The notes beneath the pieces are model-generated. The model did not search any database, was not told the DNA's origin, and saw nothing but the letters and a program-made list of their open reading frames with translations. The position numbers and the translations under genes were made by a program. A stretch of 64,000 bases of DNA, taken from assembly GCA_963780865.1 (NCBI GenBank), contig CAWADT010000022.1, positions 79,499-143,498 on the forward strand. Reading direction: 5' to 3'. Source of the DNA: an uncultured Chloroflexia bacterium. GTDB lineage: Bacteria; Chloroflexota; Anaerolineae; Anaerolineales; RBG-16-64-43. Positions 38,309 to 48,115 of the stretch are shown piece after piece. Every line of letters starts with the position of its first letter. Positions within the stretch are counted from its first letter, which is position 1.

Positions 38309-39058
38309 TCATTCATGCGCAGGCGAGAGGAATTCCGCCACCAGCGCCTGCAGGCGCGCGTAATGGGACCCCGGCCAGAAAATTTTTCCGCAACCTGGGC
38401 AGCGGTAGAACTCGTCGAATCGTTCCCGCGTCCCGGGCGGCAGCCGGTCCCAAACCTCATTCTTCCCGACCGGTTGAAGCAGGCCGTTGCAGCTCAGGCA
38501 GCGTCGGAAAGGAGCGATCGCCCTCCGTAGGTCGAAGCGTTCCACCACTTCGCGCGCCTGTTCTCTCGGAGAGTCCGACCGCACGCAATAGCCCCGGGTG
38601 ACCTCGGAGCGTTTCAACAGGCCGCGGTCGCGGGTGAGCAGAATCCGCTGCTCGGCCGCGGATCGGCGGGCCAGTTCCTCATCCGTAAAATCGTTTCGGT
38701 AGGCGGAGTCCAAACCCAGCAAACGCAGGTAGGCGGCCAGCCGCCCGAGGTGTGCATCGAGAAGAAAACGGGGTTCGCGCAGCGGTTCGGGGCGCAGCCG
38801 CAGGAGGGGATGGATATCCAGCGCCTCGAAGGCGGGATAGACGCTGATCGAATCGCCGTTCCGCACGATGTATTGAAAATCCACCGACAGGCCGCCCGCC
38901 AGGATTAATTCCACTTCCGTGTGCGGTACGCCGAGGGATTCGATCATGTCCTTGATCGAGACTCTTCCGGAAAATTCGTGATCGAACCCGCGTTGCCGGC
39001 ACGCGGGCGCCAGGAAATCGTTGAGTTCGGAGTAGAAACGGAAAGTTGCGCGGGACAT
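38309..39058 (-). CDS. Mut7-C RNase domain protein (ubiquitin-like N-domain + PIN-like nuclease + C-terminal zinc ribbon)
   Basis: The last 249 codons of track ORF 38309..39514: MSRATFRFYSELNDFLAP..., FLLDAHLGRLAAYLRLLGLD, ILLTRDRGLLKR, CLSCNG...CPGCGKIFWPGSHY. Confidence 0.8.
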   Translation of the reverse strand: MSRATFRFYSELNDFLAPACRQRGFDHEFSGRVSIKDMIESLGVPHTEVELILAGGLSVDFQYIVRNGDSISVYPAFEALDIHPLLRLRPEPLREPRFLLDAHLGRLAAYLRLLGLDSAYRNDFTDEELARRSAAEQRILLTRDRGLLKRSEVTRGYCVRSDSPREQAREVVERFDLRRAIAPFRRCLSCNGLLQPVGKNEVWDRLPPGTRERFDEFYRCPGCGKIFWPGSHYARLQALVAEFLSPAHE

Positions 39059-39084
39059 AGGAGGGTAGGCCGCGTCGGTCGCTT

Positions 39085-40224
39085 TTATCCTCGGAAAGAA
39101 TCCCAAACCGCCAACGCCGGTTTCGGCGTCCCGTTGCGTTCCCGCAAACCCAAGGTCGAGAAGAAACGAAGCGTGTCCACCTTGTCTCCCTGCCCCTGAC
39201 TTTGCAGGGCTTGTTGGTAGGAATCCATATTGAAGTCGTCGAGCACCAGGTAGATCCAGAAGGCCAGCCGCTTTCCTATCTGGCTGTGGATCGCGCTCAG
39301 GTAGAGAACCTGGTCTTGCGGAGTCCCGTGGGCGGGAGGAACATCCACCGAACCGAATCCCCCCTCGGCCACGGCCAGCGGTTTCGTCGTGCGTTCCAAC
39401 AGCGGAGAATAGTAATTTTTGGGGATATCCGCGGCGGAGGGAAAGGCTACGAACGGGTAGGAGGAAATCGCCCACACGTCCAGATCCGGTTCGAAGGCTT
39501 CGATCTCTTCCCATTTTATGGATGCGCCGCGGCCGGGTCCGGGAAGATCATAATTGTTCAAATCCTCCCATTGAAAGGTGACAAACACTTTTGTGCCGGG
39601 GGATTCCGCTTTTATTTTTGCATAGGTATCGTGGTACAGGCTCAGAAAATTCGGAAAGTCGTTCGGGAACGCGTCGGCATAAGTGTTGATCTCCGAGGCT
39701 AAGCCCAGAAACCTTGGGTGAAAATCCTTTGCGATTCGAAGCGCAAAATTTTGAAAGGCCGCCCGGACGACCGGATTGCTGAAATCGGCGCCCGACAAAT
39801 CGGGCGGGAGGCCCGCAAACTGGCGTCGATCCAACCCTTTCAAGGGATCCACAATAAAGAGGGCATCCAACCCGTTCTGCCAGGCTAGGTTTACTTGATT
39901 ATGGAGATCGTTCAAGGCTTTTGATTTCCCGTCTATCCCGCCGCGAAAATCATCCCACGGCACCGGCTGCTGGAGAAGCGCCACATCCCCGTGCTGGGCG
40001 ATCGCATGAAAGGTGCTCAAGACGCTCAATAGATTTACATCGGGCGGGGTGGGGAAAAAGCCGTAAACCGTCCGTCCGGAATCAAAAACCGATGGGGAAG
40101 GGGGAGAAGGCTGCGCGAATTTGCACCCGAGGGCCGCCAGAAGCATCCCCGCGGCGCAACGCGCGAGTCGCAAAGGGAAATGCTTTTTTTGAAACACCGG
40201 GCATGCAGCGGAGGGCGGCATCAT
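39085..40224 (-). CDS. Lipoprotein, probable clan GH-A (TIM-barrel) glycoside hydrolase-like
   Basis: 379 aa from MMPPSAACPVFQKKHFPLRLARCAAGMLLAALGC (lipobox). Candidate acid/base and nucleophile Glu residues are in LGLASEINTY and PLAVAEGGFGS. The assignment is by pattern only. The upstream 115 codons of the track ORF are Arg-rich noise. Confidence 0.6.
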   Translation of the reverse strand: MMPPSAACPVFQKKHFPLRLARCAAGMLLAALGCKFAQPSPPSPSVFDSGRTVYGFFPTPPDVNLLSVLSTFHAIAQHGDVALLQQPVPWDDFRGGIDGKSKALNDLHNQVNLAWQNGLDALFIVDPLKGLDRRQFAGLPPDLSGADFSNPVVRAAFQNFALRIAKDFHPRFLGLASEINTYADAFPNDFPNFLSLYHDTYAKIKAESPGTKVFVTFQWEDLNNYDLPGPGRGASIKWEEIEAFEPDLDVWAISSYPFVAFPSAADIPKNYYSPLLERTTKPLAVAEGGFGSVDVPPAHGTPQDQVLYLSAIHSQIGKRLAFWIYLVLDDFNMDSYQQALQSQGQGDKVDTLRFFSTLGLRERNGTPKPALAVWDSFRG

Positions 40225-40295
40225 AGGTTTGTTGAAAATTTTATTGCCATTCGCCGGATGGCCTCGCGGGAATTTTCCCGCGGATGGCGCGGATC

Positions 40296-41972
40296 TTATT
40301 TCCAAACGACGGGCTGAAGCGTCACGCCGTCGGCCAGAAGGCGAAAGTCGGTTCCGTCGGGTCGGACGATGGAAAGCACCCCGCCGGTATCTTCGGCCGT
40401 CTCCGCTTGCACGATCGATATCCATCGCCCGTCCGGAGACCATTGCACGATGGGCGGGGTGTCCCGGAGCGTGGTCAAGCGGTGTTGTATCTGACCATCG
40501 CTGCCGATCAGCACGAGTTGCCGGGTGCGGCTGGTGAGCAGCAGAAAGGAAGACGCGTCGGGCGACCAAAGCGCTCCGAAGAGCGGGTCGAAACCGCCTT
40601 CCCCCATAGGGAGCGGGATGTACCGGAGGGTTTTATCCAATCCGGCTTGAATGATATAGGCTTGATCCGCCGGAGCTTCCGTTGCCAGGGCGTCGGTGAC
40701 AGGTTTTTGCGGGGTGAGGAATGACAGGAATTTGCTGTCGGGCGACCAGTCGAAATGGTCACCCGCCGCAAGGCCGGGGACGTCTTGCAAATACGAGAGG
40801 ATGACAGAACGGGAATCGCTTATCCGGAACGCGGACGGGTACGGGACAAGATCCGGCAGACCCATATCCCAGGCGAAGATCCACTGGCTGTCCGGAGACC
40901 AAAGGATATCTCCGGCGAGAGGCTTCGGAATTCCGCCGTTTTTAATTCCGTTCAGCATTCCCGAACTGTCGGTGGGCACGGTGAAGAGGAAGCCGAGATT
41001 ATCCTTCACTCCACCCAGCGTCACCATCGCGATGTTTTTTCCATCCGGCGACCATTGCCAGGCCCAAACCGAAAGACTGAAACTGGATCCTTGGGGAAGT
41101 TTTTCGATCGGTTCCGCGTTGGTTCCATCAATATTTTCCGCTTGAAGATTAGCCAGATTCTGTCCGCCTACGAAGGCAATCCGCGCGCCGTCGGGAGAAA
41201 TTTTGGCTGCGAGGCACGGGTCCGGCGATTGGGAGGTCAGGGAATGCGGTCCGCCGGAAACGGGAACGGAATCGGCAAGGCACGTTCCAGCTTCCAGATA
41301 GAGGAGTGAGAGCTCACCGGGGGTGGGAGTCCCGAGGAACAGAGTGGGCGTCGGAGAAATGGTGGGCGTCCGGGTGAGGGAGGGCGTAAAGGTGATCGTG
41401 GGCGTGCGTGTGACGGTGGGCGTCGCGCTTGGCGTAATGGCGGCCGTCAGGCTTGGGGTGAACGGTGTTAAGGTTCGTGTAACCCTTGGTGTGTTCGTGC
41501 TGTGCGGGAAGACCGGCAGATGAATGGCCGGTAGCTTGTTCTTCACCAGCGGAAAAAATAAAACACCTCCCGCGGCTAGCGTCGCTAGGAGTGCCAAAGC
41601 CATCACCACGAAAATGATCTTCCATATTCCCGAGACGCCTCGCGCCGGCCGCTTCGGTTTTCGGGGTGCGGAATCCTTCGCCGCCGGAGGTTTACGGGGA
41701 GGGGGCGCCCGCCGGGCCTTCCTTTGGGCGCGCAAGGTGGCCAGACCTTCTTTTGCATATTCGCTTTTTGGAATGTTCCGCAGGCATTCTTCCAGGATGA
41801 GGATTTGTTGTTCGGGGTCGGGTTCGGTCTGAACCAGCCAGAGCCAGGCCATTTCCAGATGTGGATTTTCCCCGACGAGTTTATGGAGCAACGCGTGCGC
41901 GTCTTCTATCCGTCCGGCGCGCGCGAGCGAAATGGCTTGCAGGAGCAAAGCATTTTCATCGGGTGGATTCAT
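40296..41972 (-). CDS. TPR - TM - Pro/Thr linker - TolB-like beta-propeller protein
   Basis: 558 aa. It has N-terminal TPR-like helices, a basic stretch, a TM helix (IIFVVMALALLATLAAGGVLFF) and a T/P-rich linker. Repeated WSPDG/WSPDS blades follow: WSPDGKNIAM, WSPDSQWIF, WSPDSKFLSF, WSPDASSFLL and WSPDGRWISI. Confidence 0.85.
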   Translation of the reverse strand: MNPPDENALLLQAISLARAGRIEDAHALLHKLVGENPHLEMAWLWLVQTEPDPEQQILILEECLRNIPKSEYAKEGLATLRAQRKARRAPPPRKPPAAKDSAPRKPKRPARGVSGIWKIIFVVMALALLATLAAGGVLFFPLVKNKLPAIHLPVFPHSTNTPRVTRTLTPFTPSLTAAITPSATPTVTRTPTITFTPSLTRTPTISPTPTLFLGTPTPGELSLLYLEAGTCLADSVPVSGGPHSLTSQSPDPCLAAKISPDGARIAFVGGQNLANLQAENIDGTNAEPIEKLPQGSSFSLSVWAWQWSPDGKNIAMVTLGGVKDNLGFLFTVPTDSSGMLNGIKNGGIPKPLAGDILWSPDSQWIFAWDMGLPDLVPYPSAFRISDSRSVILSYLQDVPGLAAGDHFDWSPDSKFLSFLTPQKPVTDALATEAPADQAYIIQAGLDKTLRYIPLPMGEGGFDPLFGALWSPDASSFLLLTSRTRQLVLIGSDGQIQHRLTTLRDTPPIVQWSPDGRWISIVQAETAEDTGGVLSIVRPDGTDFRLLADGVTLQPVVWK

Positions 41973-42332
41973 GTGGAATCCGCAGTGCGGGATTCCTTCC
42001 GATTATACAATATTGGGCGGACCGGGTCGGGGAATCCCGGACGAAAAAACGGGTGAGCTTTCCGCTGGACGAGTTTCCGCGGCCTGAAGGCAGAGCAAGA
42101 TACACACGGGTGCTGGCACCTGGCGGCGGTCTTTGCTATAGTGGGTTTGATTGCCAGCATGGAAGCAAGATGGGGGAGCGGATACTTAAAAGGCTTTCTT
42201 TTTCTTGAAAAGAAGACCTATAGGTTTTTTACGACCCTACGGGCACCCGATCGCTGGATATCGAGTGAGAAGGTCCTCGTAAAGATCATGGAGGACCATT
42301 GAGAGGTTCGAATATTTTTCAAGGAGGATTTC

Positions 42333-43850
42333 ATGGTCCGACGGAATCTCATTTGGGGAATTGCCCTGGCGACCGCTCTGGCTTTTGATTATTTGTTTTG
42401 GAAACACGGACCGGGCATTTCCTTCTTCGTGTTTGTGGCGTTGTGCCTTACGGCGGGTGTCGTTTCAGCCGCGCTCTCGGGCGCGCGGCCCAATATCCGC
42501 AGCGCCGCGCTCATCCCATGCATCCTGATCGCCGCGGCGATCACGTTTCTGCGTTCCGAGCCCTTCACCGTTGTTTGCGGAGCGGCGCTTACGCTGGTTC
42601 TGATGATCATCCTGGTTTATTCCTACCGCGGCGGCAAGTGGCCCTTCTACGGCCTCGTCGATCACATCCTGGCCGTGTTCCGATTGGGCGCCTCGGCCGT
42701 CCTGCATCCCGCGCTGCTCCCGGCCGCAAAGCCCGCTCCAGGGACGGCCGCTCCCGGAGCCGCATGGCGCCGCTGGCTGCCGCCCGTGCTGCGCGGCCTG
42801 GTGCTCGCCCTTCCGGTGATCCTACTGCTGACGGCGCTGCTGGCTTCGGCCGATCCGGTGTTTGGAAGGATGGTGAATAACCTTCTCAATATCAACCAAT
42901 TGCCGGAATATATCTTCCGACTCACCTACATCCTGGTCGGGACGTATCTGCTGGTCGGAGTGTTCCTCTTCGCGATTCTCTCCAGCGGGGAGGAGGGAAT
43001 CCCCAGTCCGGAACATTCACGGCTCAGCCCGTTCATCGGGTTTATCGAGGCCGTGGTGGTTTTGGGTTGTGTGAGCCTGCTCTTCGCGGTGTTTGTCATC
43101 GTCCAATTCCGTTACTTCTTCGGCGGGGTTGAAAACATCACGGCGGAAGGCTTTACCTACGCCGAGTACGCGCGGCGGGGCTTCGGCGAGCTCCTCGCGG
43201 TGGCGCTGATCAGCCTGCTGCTGTTCCTGGGCTTGGGTTCGCTCACCCGGAAGGAAGATCCGCTCCGGCGCAAGGTATTCTCCGCGCTGGGAGCGATCCT
43301 CGTGGCGATGGTCTCGATCATCCTGGTCTCGGCCTACCGGCGGCTGTTGCTGTATGAAAGCGCATACGGGTTCACCGGACTGCGCCTCTACACCCAGGTG
43401 TTCATGATCTGGCTGGGAATTCTCCTGATCGGCGTGGCGGGGCTGGAAATCGCCGGGCGTATCCGCTGGTTCAGCCTGGCAATGCTTGTCGCCGCGTTCG
43501 GATTCGCGCTTTCGCTGGCGGGTCTTAATGTGGATGGCTCCATCGTCCGATGGAACGGAGCGCGAGCTCTGGAAGGCGGCCGCCTGGACGCGGACTATCT
43601 GGATTCGCTTTCCGCCGATGCGGTGCCGGCGCTGTTGGATCTCTATGCGGCCAGCACCGGCTCGGAAAAGGATACGCTTGGATCGGGACTCGCCTGCCGA
43701 TTGCTGAATCTGGAAACTCGCCGGCAGACCGCCTGGCAGGAATATACCGTCCCACGGGCGCAAGCGCTAAACCTATTGAGAGCCAGCTCGATCCTCAAGG
43801 ACTATCCGGTTTTGGAATTCAACGGGAATTGCGTTAGCGGTCGGCAGTGA
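42333..43850 (+). CDS. Polytopic membrane protein (DUF4153/DUF4173-like by pattern)
   Basis: 505 aa with ~12 hydrophobic helices, an N-terminal FDYLFWKHGPGISFF motif and a soluble C-terminal ~100 aa. Confidence 0.7.
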   Translation: MVRRNLIWGIALATALAFDYLFWKHGPGISFFVFVALCLTAGVVSAALSGARPNIRSAALIPCILIAAAITFLRSEPFTVVCGAALTLVLMIILVYSYRGGKWPFYGLVDHILAVFRLGASAVLHPALLPAAKPAPGTAAPGAAWRRWLPPVLRGLVLALPVILLLTALLASADPVFGRMVNNLLNINQLPEYIFRLTYILVGTYLLVGVFLFAILSSGEEGIPSPEHSRLSPFIGFIEAVVVLGCVSLLFAVFVIVQFRYFFGGVENITAEGFTYAEYARRGFGELLAVALISLLLFLGLGSLTRKEDPLRRKVFSALGAILVAMVSIILVSAYRRLLLYESAYGFTGLRLYTQVFMIWLGILLIGVAGLEIAGRIRWFSLAMLVAAFGFALSLAGLNVDGSIVRWNGARALEGGRLDADYLDSLSADAVPALLDLYAASTGSEKDTLGSGLACRLLNLETRRQTAWQEYTVPRAQALNLLRASSILKDYPVLEFNGNCVSGRQ

Positions 43851-43901
43851 GCACGCGCGATGTCCGGGGCAAGCCGTCATAGATTTAATATTAAATAGAA
43901 G

Positions 43902-43960
43902 AGACCGCGTCGAAGTTTGTTTGGACCGTGTCGGGCTTTCAGACCGACGCGGTCTTTTTA
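43902..43960 (+). terminator. Long-loop hairpin with U-tract after 42333..43850
   Basis: AGACCGCGTCG-(32 nt)-CGACGCGGTCT followed by tttta. Confidence 0.4.
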
Positions 43961-43988
43961 TCCCGCTCTCGCGGGATGATGAATACCC

Positions 43989-44043
43989 CGCAGCTTGCCC
44001 CGCACTCCTCTATATTAATCGAAGAGTGCGGGGCAAGCTGCGC
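43989..44043. repeat. Intact palindrome family A (19-bp arms CGCAGCTTGCCCCGCACTC / GAGTGCGGGGCAAGCTGCG, 16-nt AT-rich loop)
   Basis: A perfect inverted repeat, used as the reference for the split copy at 27993-28021 / 30028-30053. Confidence 0.9.
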
Positions 44044-44097
44044 AGTTCTTGTGGGTTGTGCCCTTTGATACCGCGCGGCTTGCTGCGCGGTCATTCA

Positions 44098-44994
44098 TCA
44101 GATCACGGCCGCGAGGGGCGCGGGGGCTGCGATACTACTCGCGGCGGCGCCGCGTGCGCGGGCATCCTCAACCTGGCGCGCCCAGAGGAACAGGCAGGTA
44201 TGATAAGCCGTCTTGGCGTAGGAGGCGAGCACGGTGGCCACGGCGATGACGATACCGGCGATCAGAACCGCCGCTCCGAGACCCGCGACGACGCCCGCGG
44301 CCGACCAGGAAGAGAATCTTCCGGCGAGGTAGAAAATCCCTCCGCCCACGGCAAACGCCAGCACGATGACGACCGCGGCGAGGATATCCACCACCCCGGT
44401 CACCCCGATTTCAGTGACCGCCACGAGCAAAAGATTGTCCTTGATAATCTGAGTGGCGCGTTTGAGCGATTGGCCGAGGTTTAGGTCTTCGAGAATCATA
44501 GCGGGAAGCACAAAGTAGGTGGCGGTGGTCCAGACTGCCGCGAGGATTCCCGCCAGCATCCCGCCCAGCAGATTTTGGCGCCCGCGCCGCCCGCTGCCAA
44601 ATAGATTTTCCAGCAGTTTTACCAGCGTCGATGCGGCCGCGAGGGAAAGGATGTTGAACAGCTCCCGGCGGACGGCGGCCCAGGCCTGGTCCATCCGGCC
44701 GTCGCCTTCGGTCAGATAATCGTAGACCAGGCGGACGGTCATTCCGGAAAAGACGTAGGCGACGGCGTATTCCAGGAAGAAAACCACAGGACTGAGGATC
44801 AGGAAGATCCACGGCAGATAAGCGCGAATTCCCGGCAGGAAGGCCAGGCCGATGCCGGCCACGGCGCCGAACAGCGACACGACCGCTCCGAGAATCAGGG
44901 CGTAGATGGACGGTTTTACCAGGTCGGGGTCCTTCACGGCCATCTGGTAGGCCTGGCCCAAAAACCCGAACCCGCGCCGGAAGGAATTCATCAT
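44098..44994 (-). CDS. Polytopic membrane protein, unknown function
   Basis: 298 aa starting MMNSFRRGFGFLGQAYQMAVKDPDLVKPSIYALILGAVV, with about six hydrophobic helices. Confidence 0.7.
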   Translation of the reverse strand: MMNSFRRGFGFLGQAYQMAVKDPDLVKPSIYALILGAVVSLFGAVAGIGLAFLPGIRAYLPWIFLILSPVVFFLEYAVAYVFSGMTVRLVYDYLTEGDGRMDQAWAAVRRELFNILSLAAASTLVKLLENLFGSGRRGRQNLLGGMLAGILAAVWTTATYFVLPAMILEDLNLGQSLKRATQIIKDNLLLVAVTEIGVTGVVDILAAVVIVLAFAVGGGIFYLAGRFSSWSAAGVVAGLGAAVLIAGIVIAVATVLASYAKTAYHTCLFLWARQVEDARARGAAASSIAAPAPLAAVI

Positions 44995-45345
44995 GGGAAA
45001 ACCTCCATGGGGAGTTGAGCGGTATCGTCAACCGTTTTCCGACGAAGCTTCAGATCTTTAATCGTATCACGAAAGCATGCAAGGGATTTGGCGTGGGTTG
45101 AAGAATTCAAGCGTATCTCTGCCGCCATATCCGCTGGCTTTCCCGCGAGACCTGTCTCGCAGCGGCGCCGGGTGGGAATCCCGTCCAGGGTTCATCACCA
45201 TCATTCGTTTTCTTATTCCTCCCCGCCGAAAGTTTTCCCATCGAGGCCAACGGACGAGGGCGCTGTGGACGCTTTACAATTGTTTTGACAGCCGGCATCC
45301 CCGCCTCTATAATCATCGGGAGCCGGCTTCCGCCGGCATGGCAGA

Positions 45346-47382
45346 TTGAGAGCAGGCGCAAGCTTGAAATCCGTTTCCTCCGCAGCGTCCCCTGACCGGG
45401 GATTCCCTCCGACTCTTCGGCAAGGCCTGATCTTCGCGATCGCGCTGATCTGGCTGATGGCCCTCCCTTTGGTTTTTTATGTCTTCCATAAACCGCTTCC
45501 CACTCTGGCGTTCGAACGCGCCCGAAATATCTTGATCGATCTGCTCGGAGCGGGAGGGATTCTCTGGATTGGGGCCGGGATCGGTTGGCGGTTTGTGCGA
45601 AACGGCGGCGTTTCCACTTTGGAACAAATCGCTTTATCGGAGGCCGTCGGCCTCGGTGCCCTGGGCATGTTGTTTTTAGCGGCTGCCTGGGCGGGACTTT
45701 TCTATCGATCCGTTGTAATTGCAATCCTGATCGTTTTATTCCTCACGGCCACCGCGATCCTGTTGCCGGCGATCGTTCGCGCCGTGAAAACCCGCCCCGA
45801 AGGCCGGCAGATCGCGCGCGGCTTTTCCCTCTGCCTGGGATTGTTCATCGTCCTATCCCTGATGCTCTCCTTGGGGATCGCGCTTTGCCCGCCCGTGGCT
45901 TGGGACGCGCTGGTCTACCACTTGCAAATCCCCCGGCAGATCCTTACGGCGCACTCACTTGCGCTGCCGGGGGATTCCTTGTTCCGGGAAATGCCGGAGC
46001 TTGTGGAAATGCTTTTCGCCGGGGCGATCGCGCTGACGGGAAGGGCCGAGACGGCGGCGGTCGTGGGCTGGGGAATCGGATTGCTGGCGCTGGGGGGAAT
46101 CACGGGGCTCGCCCGGCGCTGGGGCCTGCGGTACCCGCTCCTGCCAGCCGCGCTCCTTCTGGCGGGGGATACGCTCGCCCGATCGATGGGATGGGGTTAC
46201 GCGGATTGGGCGGCGGCCCTGTTCGGAGTCGCCGCCTTGAGCGCCGTCTCGCGGAAAGAAGAGGGCGCGCGCTGGCTTTTTCTGGCGGGGATATTTGCCG
46301 GCTTTGCGATGGGGACGAAATATACGGCCGGCGCGTTGTTGATCGTCCTGTGCCTGGCGCTCGCGTCGCTACGGCAATGGAGGAAGTCATTAAAGGAAGC
46401 GGCGTTCGTGCTTGCCGGATGTGTGCTGGCGTTTTCTCCATGGGCGTTGCGCGGATTGGCTTTTTTTGGGAATCCTCTTCCGCCAATCCTTGACGCCGGC
46501 GCGGCGAGCGCGCAGCAAATGCGCTTCTTCGCCGGCTCGCCTCCGGCCTACGGATGGTTCGTCATGGCGTTTGTCCCGCTTCTGCAATCGACCATCGGCA
46601 CTTACGGCGCGGCTCCCTTCGCCGCTACGATCGGCCCGCTGCTGTTTGCGTTTCTGCCCGGAGCGCTCGTCCCCCGCAAAGAAGGGATCTCCGCGGACGG
46701 TTTCCTCACCACACTCTTCTGGCTTTGCATAATCATCTACTGGTTGGCAGTCGGAGCGGGGAGCCTGTTCTCCGGCGCGCTGACCCAACCCAGAGTTTAC
46801 TTATCGCTGTTTCCGGGGATCGCCCTGCTGGCCGCCCGCGGATTCGACGGACTATGGGAAATCCGGCTGGCGAAAGTCCGGCTGGGGGCGCTGGCGGCCG
46901 TGTTGACGATTCTGGTTCTAGCGCTGCAGGCGATCAGCTTCGGGAATTCTTGGGTGGCTTCGGGCGTCCCCAATTATCTCGCCGGCGCGCAATCGGAACA
47001 GACATTCCTGGAGAACAATCTGGGATGGTACGCGAAAGCAATGGAAACCGTGCGCTCTCTCCCGGACGGATCGCGCGTGCTGATGCTCTGGGAGCCGCGC
47101 GGTTTGTATTGCGGGGGAAAATGCCAGGCCGACGCAACCATCGACCGATGGTACCTTGCCATGCGGTTGGGCGGGTCGGCGGAAGCGGCGCTGGCGGATT
47201 GGCGCCGCGAGGGATGGACCTACCTTCTGATTTTTGATGAAGGCGCGAATTTTGAACGGACGGGCCGGACGGAATATTTCCTTTCCGACTGGACGGAGTT
47301 GGACCGATTGCGCAGCCTGCTGACGCCCGTTCCCGGCTTCGCAAACGGGTATTCCCTCTACATTCTGTCTACCGGGTATTAG
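45346..47382 (+). CDS. GT-C-like (PMT_2/ArnT-like) polytopic membrane protein with C-terminal soluble domain
   Basis: 678 aa with 12 or more hydrophobic helices. A first-loop motif reads PPVAWDALVYHLQIPRQ. The start codon is uncertain; alternative Met codons lie within the first 40 codons. Confidence 0.7.
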   Translation: MRAGASLKSVSSAASPDRGFPPTLRQGLIFAIALIWLMALPLVFYVFHKPLPTLAFERARNILIDLLGAGGILWIGAGIGWRFVRNGGVSTLEQIALSEAVGLGALGMLFLAAAWAGLFYRSVVIAILIVLFLTATAILLPAIVRAVKTRPEGRQIARGFSLCLGLFIVLSLMLSLGIALCPPVAWDALVYHLQIPRQILTAHSLALPGDSLFREMPELVEMLFAGAIALTGRAETAAVVGWGIGLLALGGITGLARRWGLRYPLLPAALLLAGDTLARSMGWGYADWAAALFGVAALSAVSRKEEGARWLFLAGIFAGFAMGTKYTAGALLIVLCLALASLRQWRKSLKEAAFVLAGCVLAFSPWALRGLAFFGNPLPPILDAGAASAQQMRFFAGSPPAYGWFVMAFVPLLQSTIGTYGAAPFAATIGPLLFAFLPGALVPRKEGISADGFLTTLFWLCIIIYWLAVGAGSLFSGALTQPRVYLSLFPGIALLAARGFDGLWEIRLAKVRLGALAAVLTILVLALQAISFGNSWVASGVPNYLAGAQSEQTFLENNLGWYAKAMETVRSLPDGSRVLMLWEPRGLYCGGKCQADATIDRWYLAMRLGGSAEAALADWRREGWTYLLIFDEGANFERTGRTEYFLSDWTELDRLRSLLTPVPGFANGYSLYILSTGY

Positions 47383-47535
47383 ATGGCCGGATTGGTTCCA
47401 AAAGGTCTATCGACGAATTCCCGGAAAAATCGAACCAGGAAGATTTTCCAGCACCAAATAGGATCACTTTAGCCACGAAGATCGAAGACCCTTAGGGTTT
47501 GAAAAACCCTAACAGGGTGCTGAAAAAGTCTGTAA

Positions 47536-47608
47536 TTGTCGTTACGAGGAGCGAAGCGACGAAGCAACCTGGTTTTTTCTGCCGCGAAAACCAGATTGCT
47601 TCGCTCTC
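47536..47608. repeat. Short palindromic element (gaggagcgaagcgacgaagcaacctgg ... ccagattgcttcgctctc)
   Basis: Shares its arm sequence with 47721-47860. Confidence 0.7.
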
Positions 47609-47720
47609 TAAAGTCACTGGCACGTACAAATTGTGCTGATACCTTCTTTAAGGATTTTTTACCTTTCTTCCGATTAATAATAATTGACGCAGTTACAAGT
47701 GGGAATGGGATATTCTATCG

Positions 47721-47860
47721 ATGTCATTGCGAGGAGCGAAGCGACGAAGCAATCTGGTTTTACCATCCGCGCATCAGTCCCCCTTTCCATTGGCTGATGG
47801 CACTCATTCGGTCATTATTGGGAGATTGCTTCGCTCCCTTTGGTCGCTCGCAATGACATC
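47721..47860. repeat. 140-bp MITE-like element with ~34-bp terminal inverted repeats (atgtcattgcgaggagcgaagcgacgaagcaatc / gattgcttcgctccctttggtcgctcgcaatgacat)
   Basis: The terminal inverted repeats are read directly from the sequence. Track ORFs 47536..47856 and 47721..47936 are translations of this repeat DNA. Confidence 0.8.
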
Positions 47861-48115
47861 TTTCCTATTTTCACACTGCCTGCTGGACCGTGAGCTTGAA
47901 GCCCTTAGGCTTTCAATGACCCATTGGGTCTCTTGATTCCTACGCTTTTGGAGCTTCGCCGCGAATTCACTAAAACCCGCCCGGCTTTGACAAGCCCCGG
48001 TCACTCATTTACAATAGCACCCACCGTAGAAACGCGGTATTTTCCACCCGTATCATCTCCAATCGAAAACTGCGGGGAGCTTCCCTTCCCTGCCTCCGGA
48101 GGTCTGCCAAATAGC

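Noticed and set aside
37854-38363. ORF 37854..38363 (169 aa), with small ORFs 47536..47856, 47721..47936, 50475..50720 and 9633..9968
   Set aside because: They are translations of palindromic or MITE-like repeat DNA. The peptide repeats mirror the nucleotide repeats, and none has an RBS or any other coding signature.
47924-48115. N-terminal extensions offered by the ORF track for the EF-G paralog (also for 50635..51054, 9826..10101, 39059..39514, 40225..40569, 32387..32692 and 11401..11712)
   Set aside because: The extensions cross repeat elements, tRNA genes or neighbouring genes and are compositionally aberrant. Internal starts give proteins beginning at the canonical N-terminal motifs, and most of them have an RBS.
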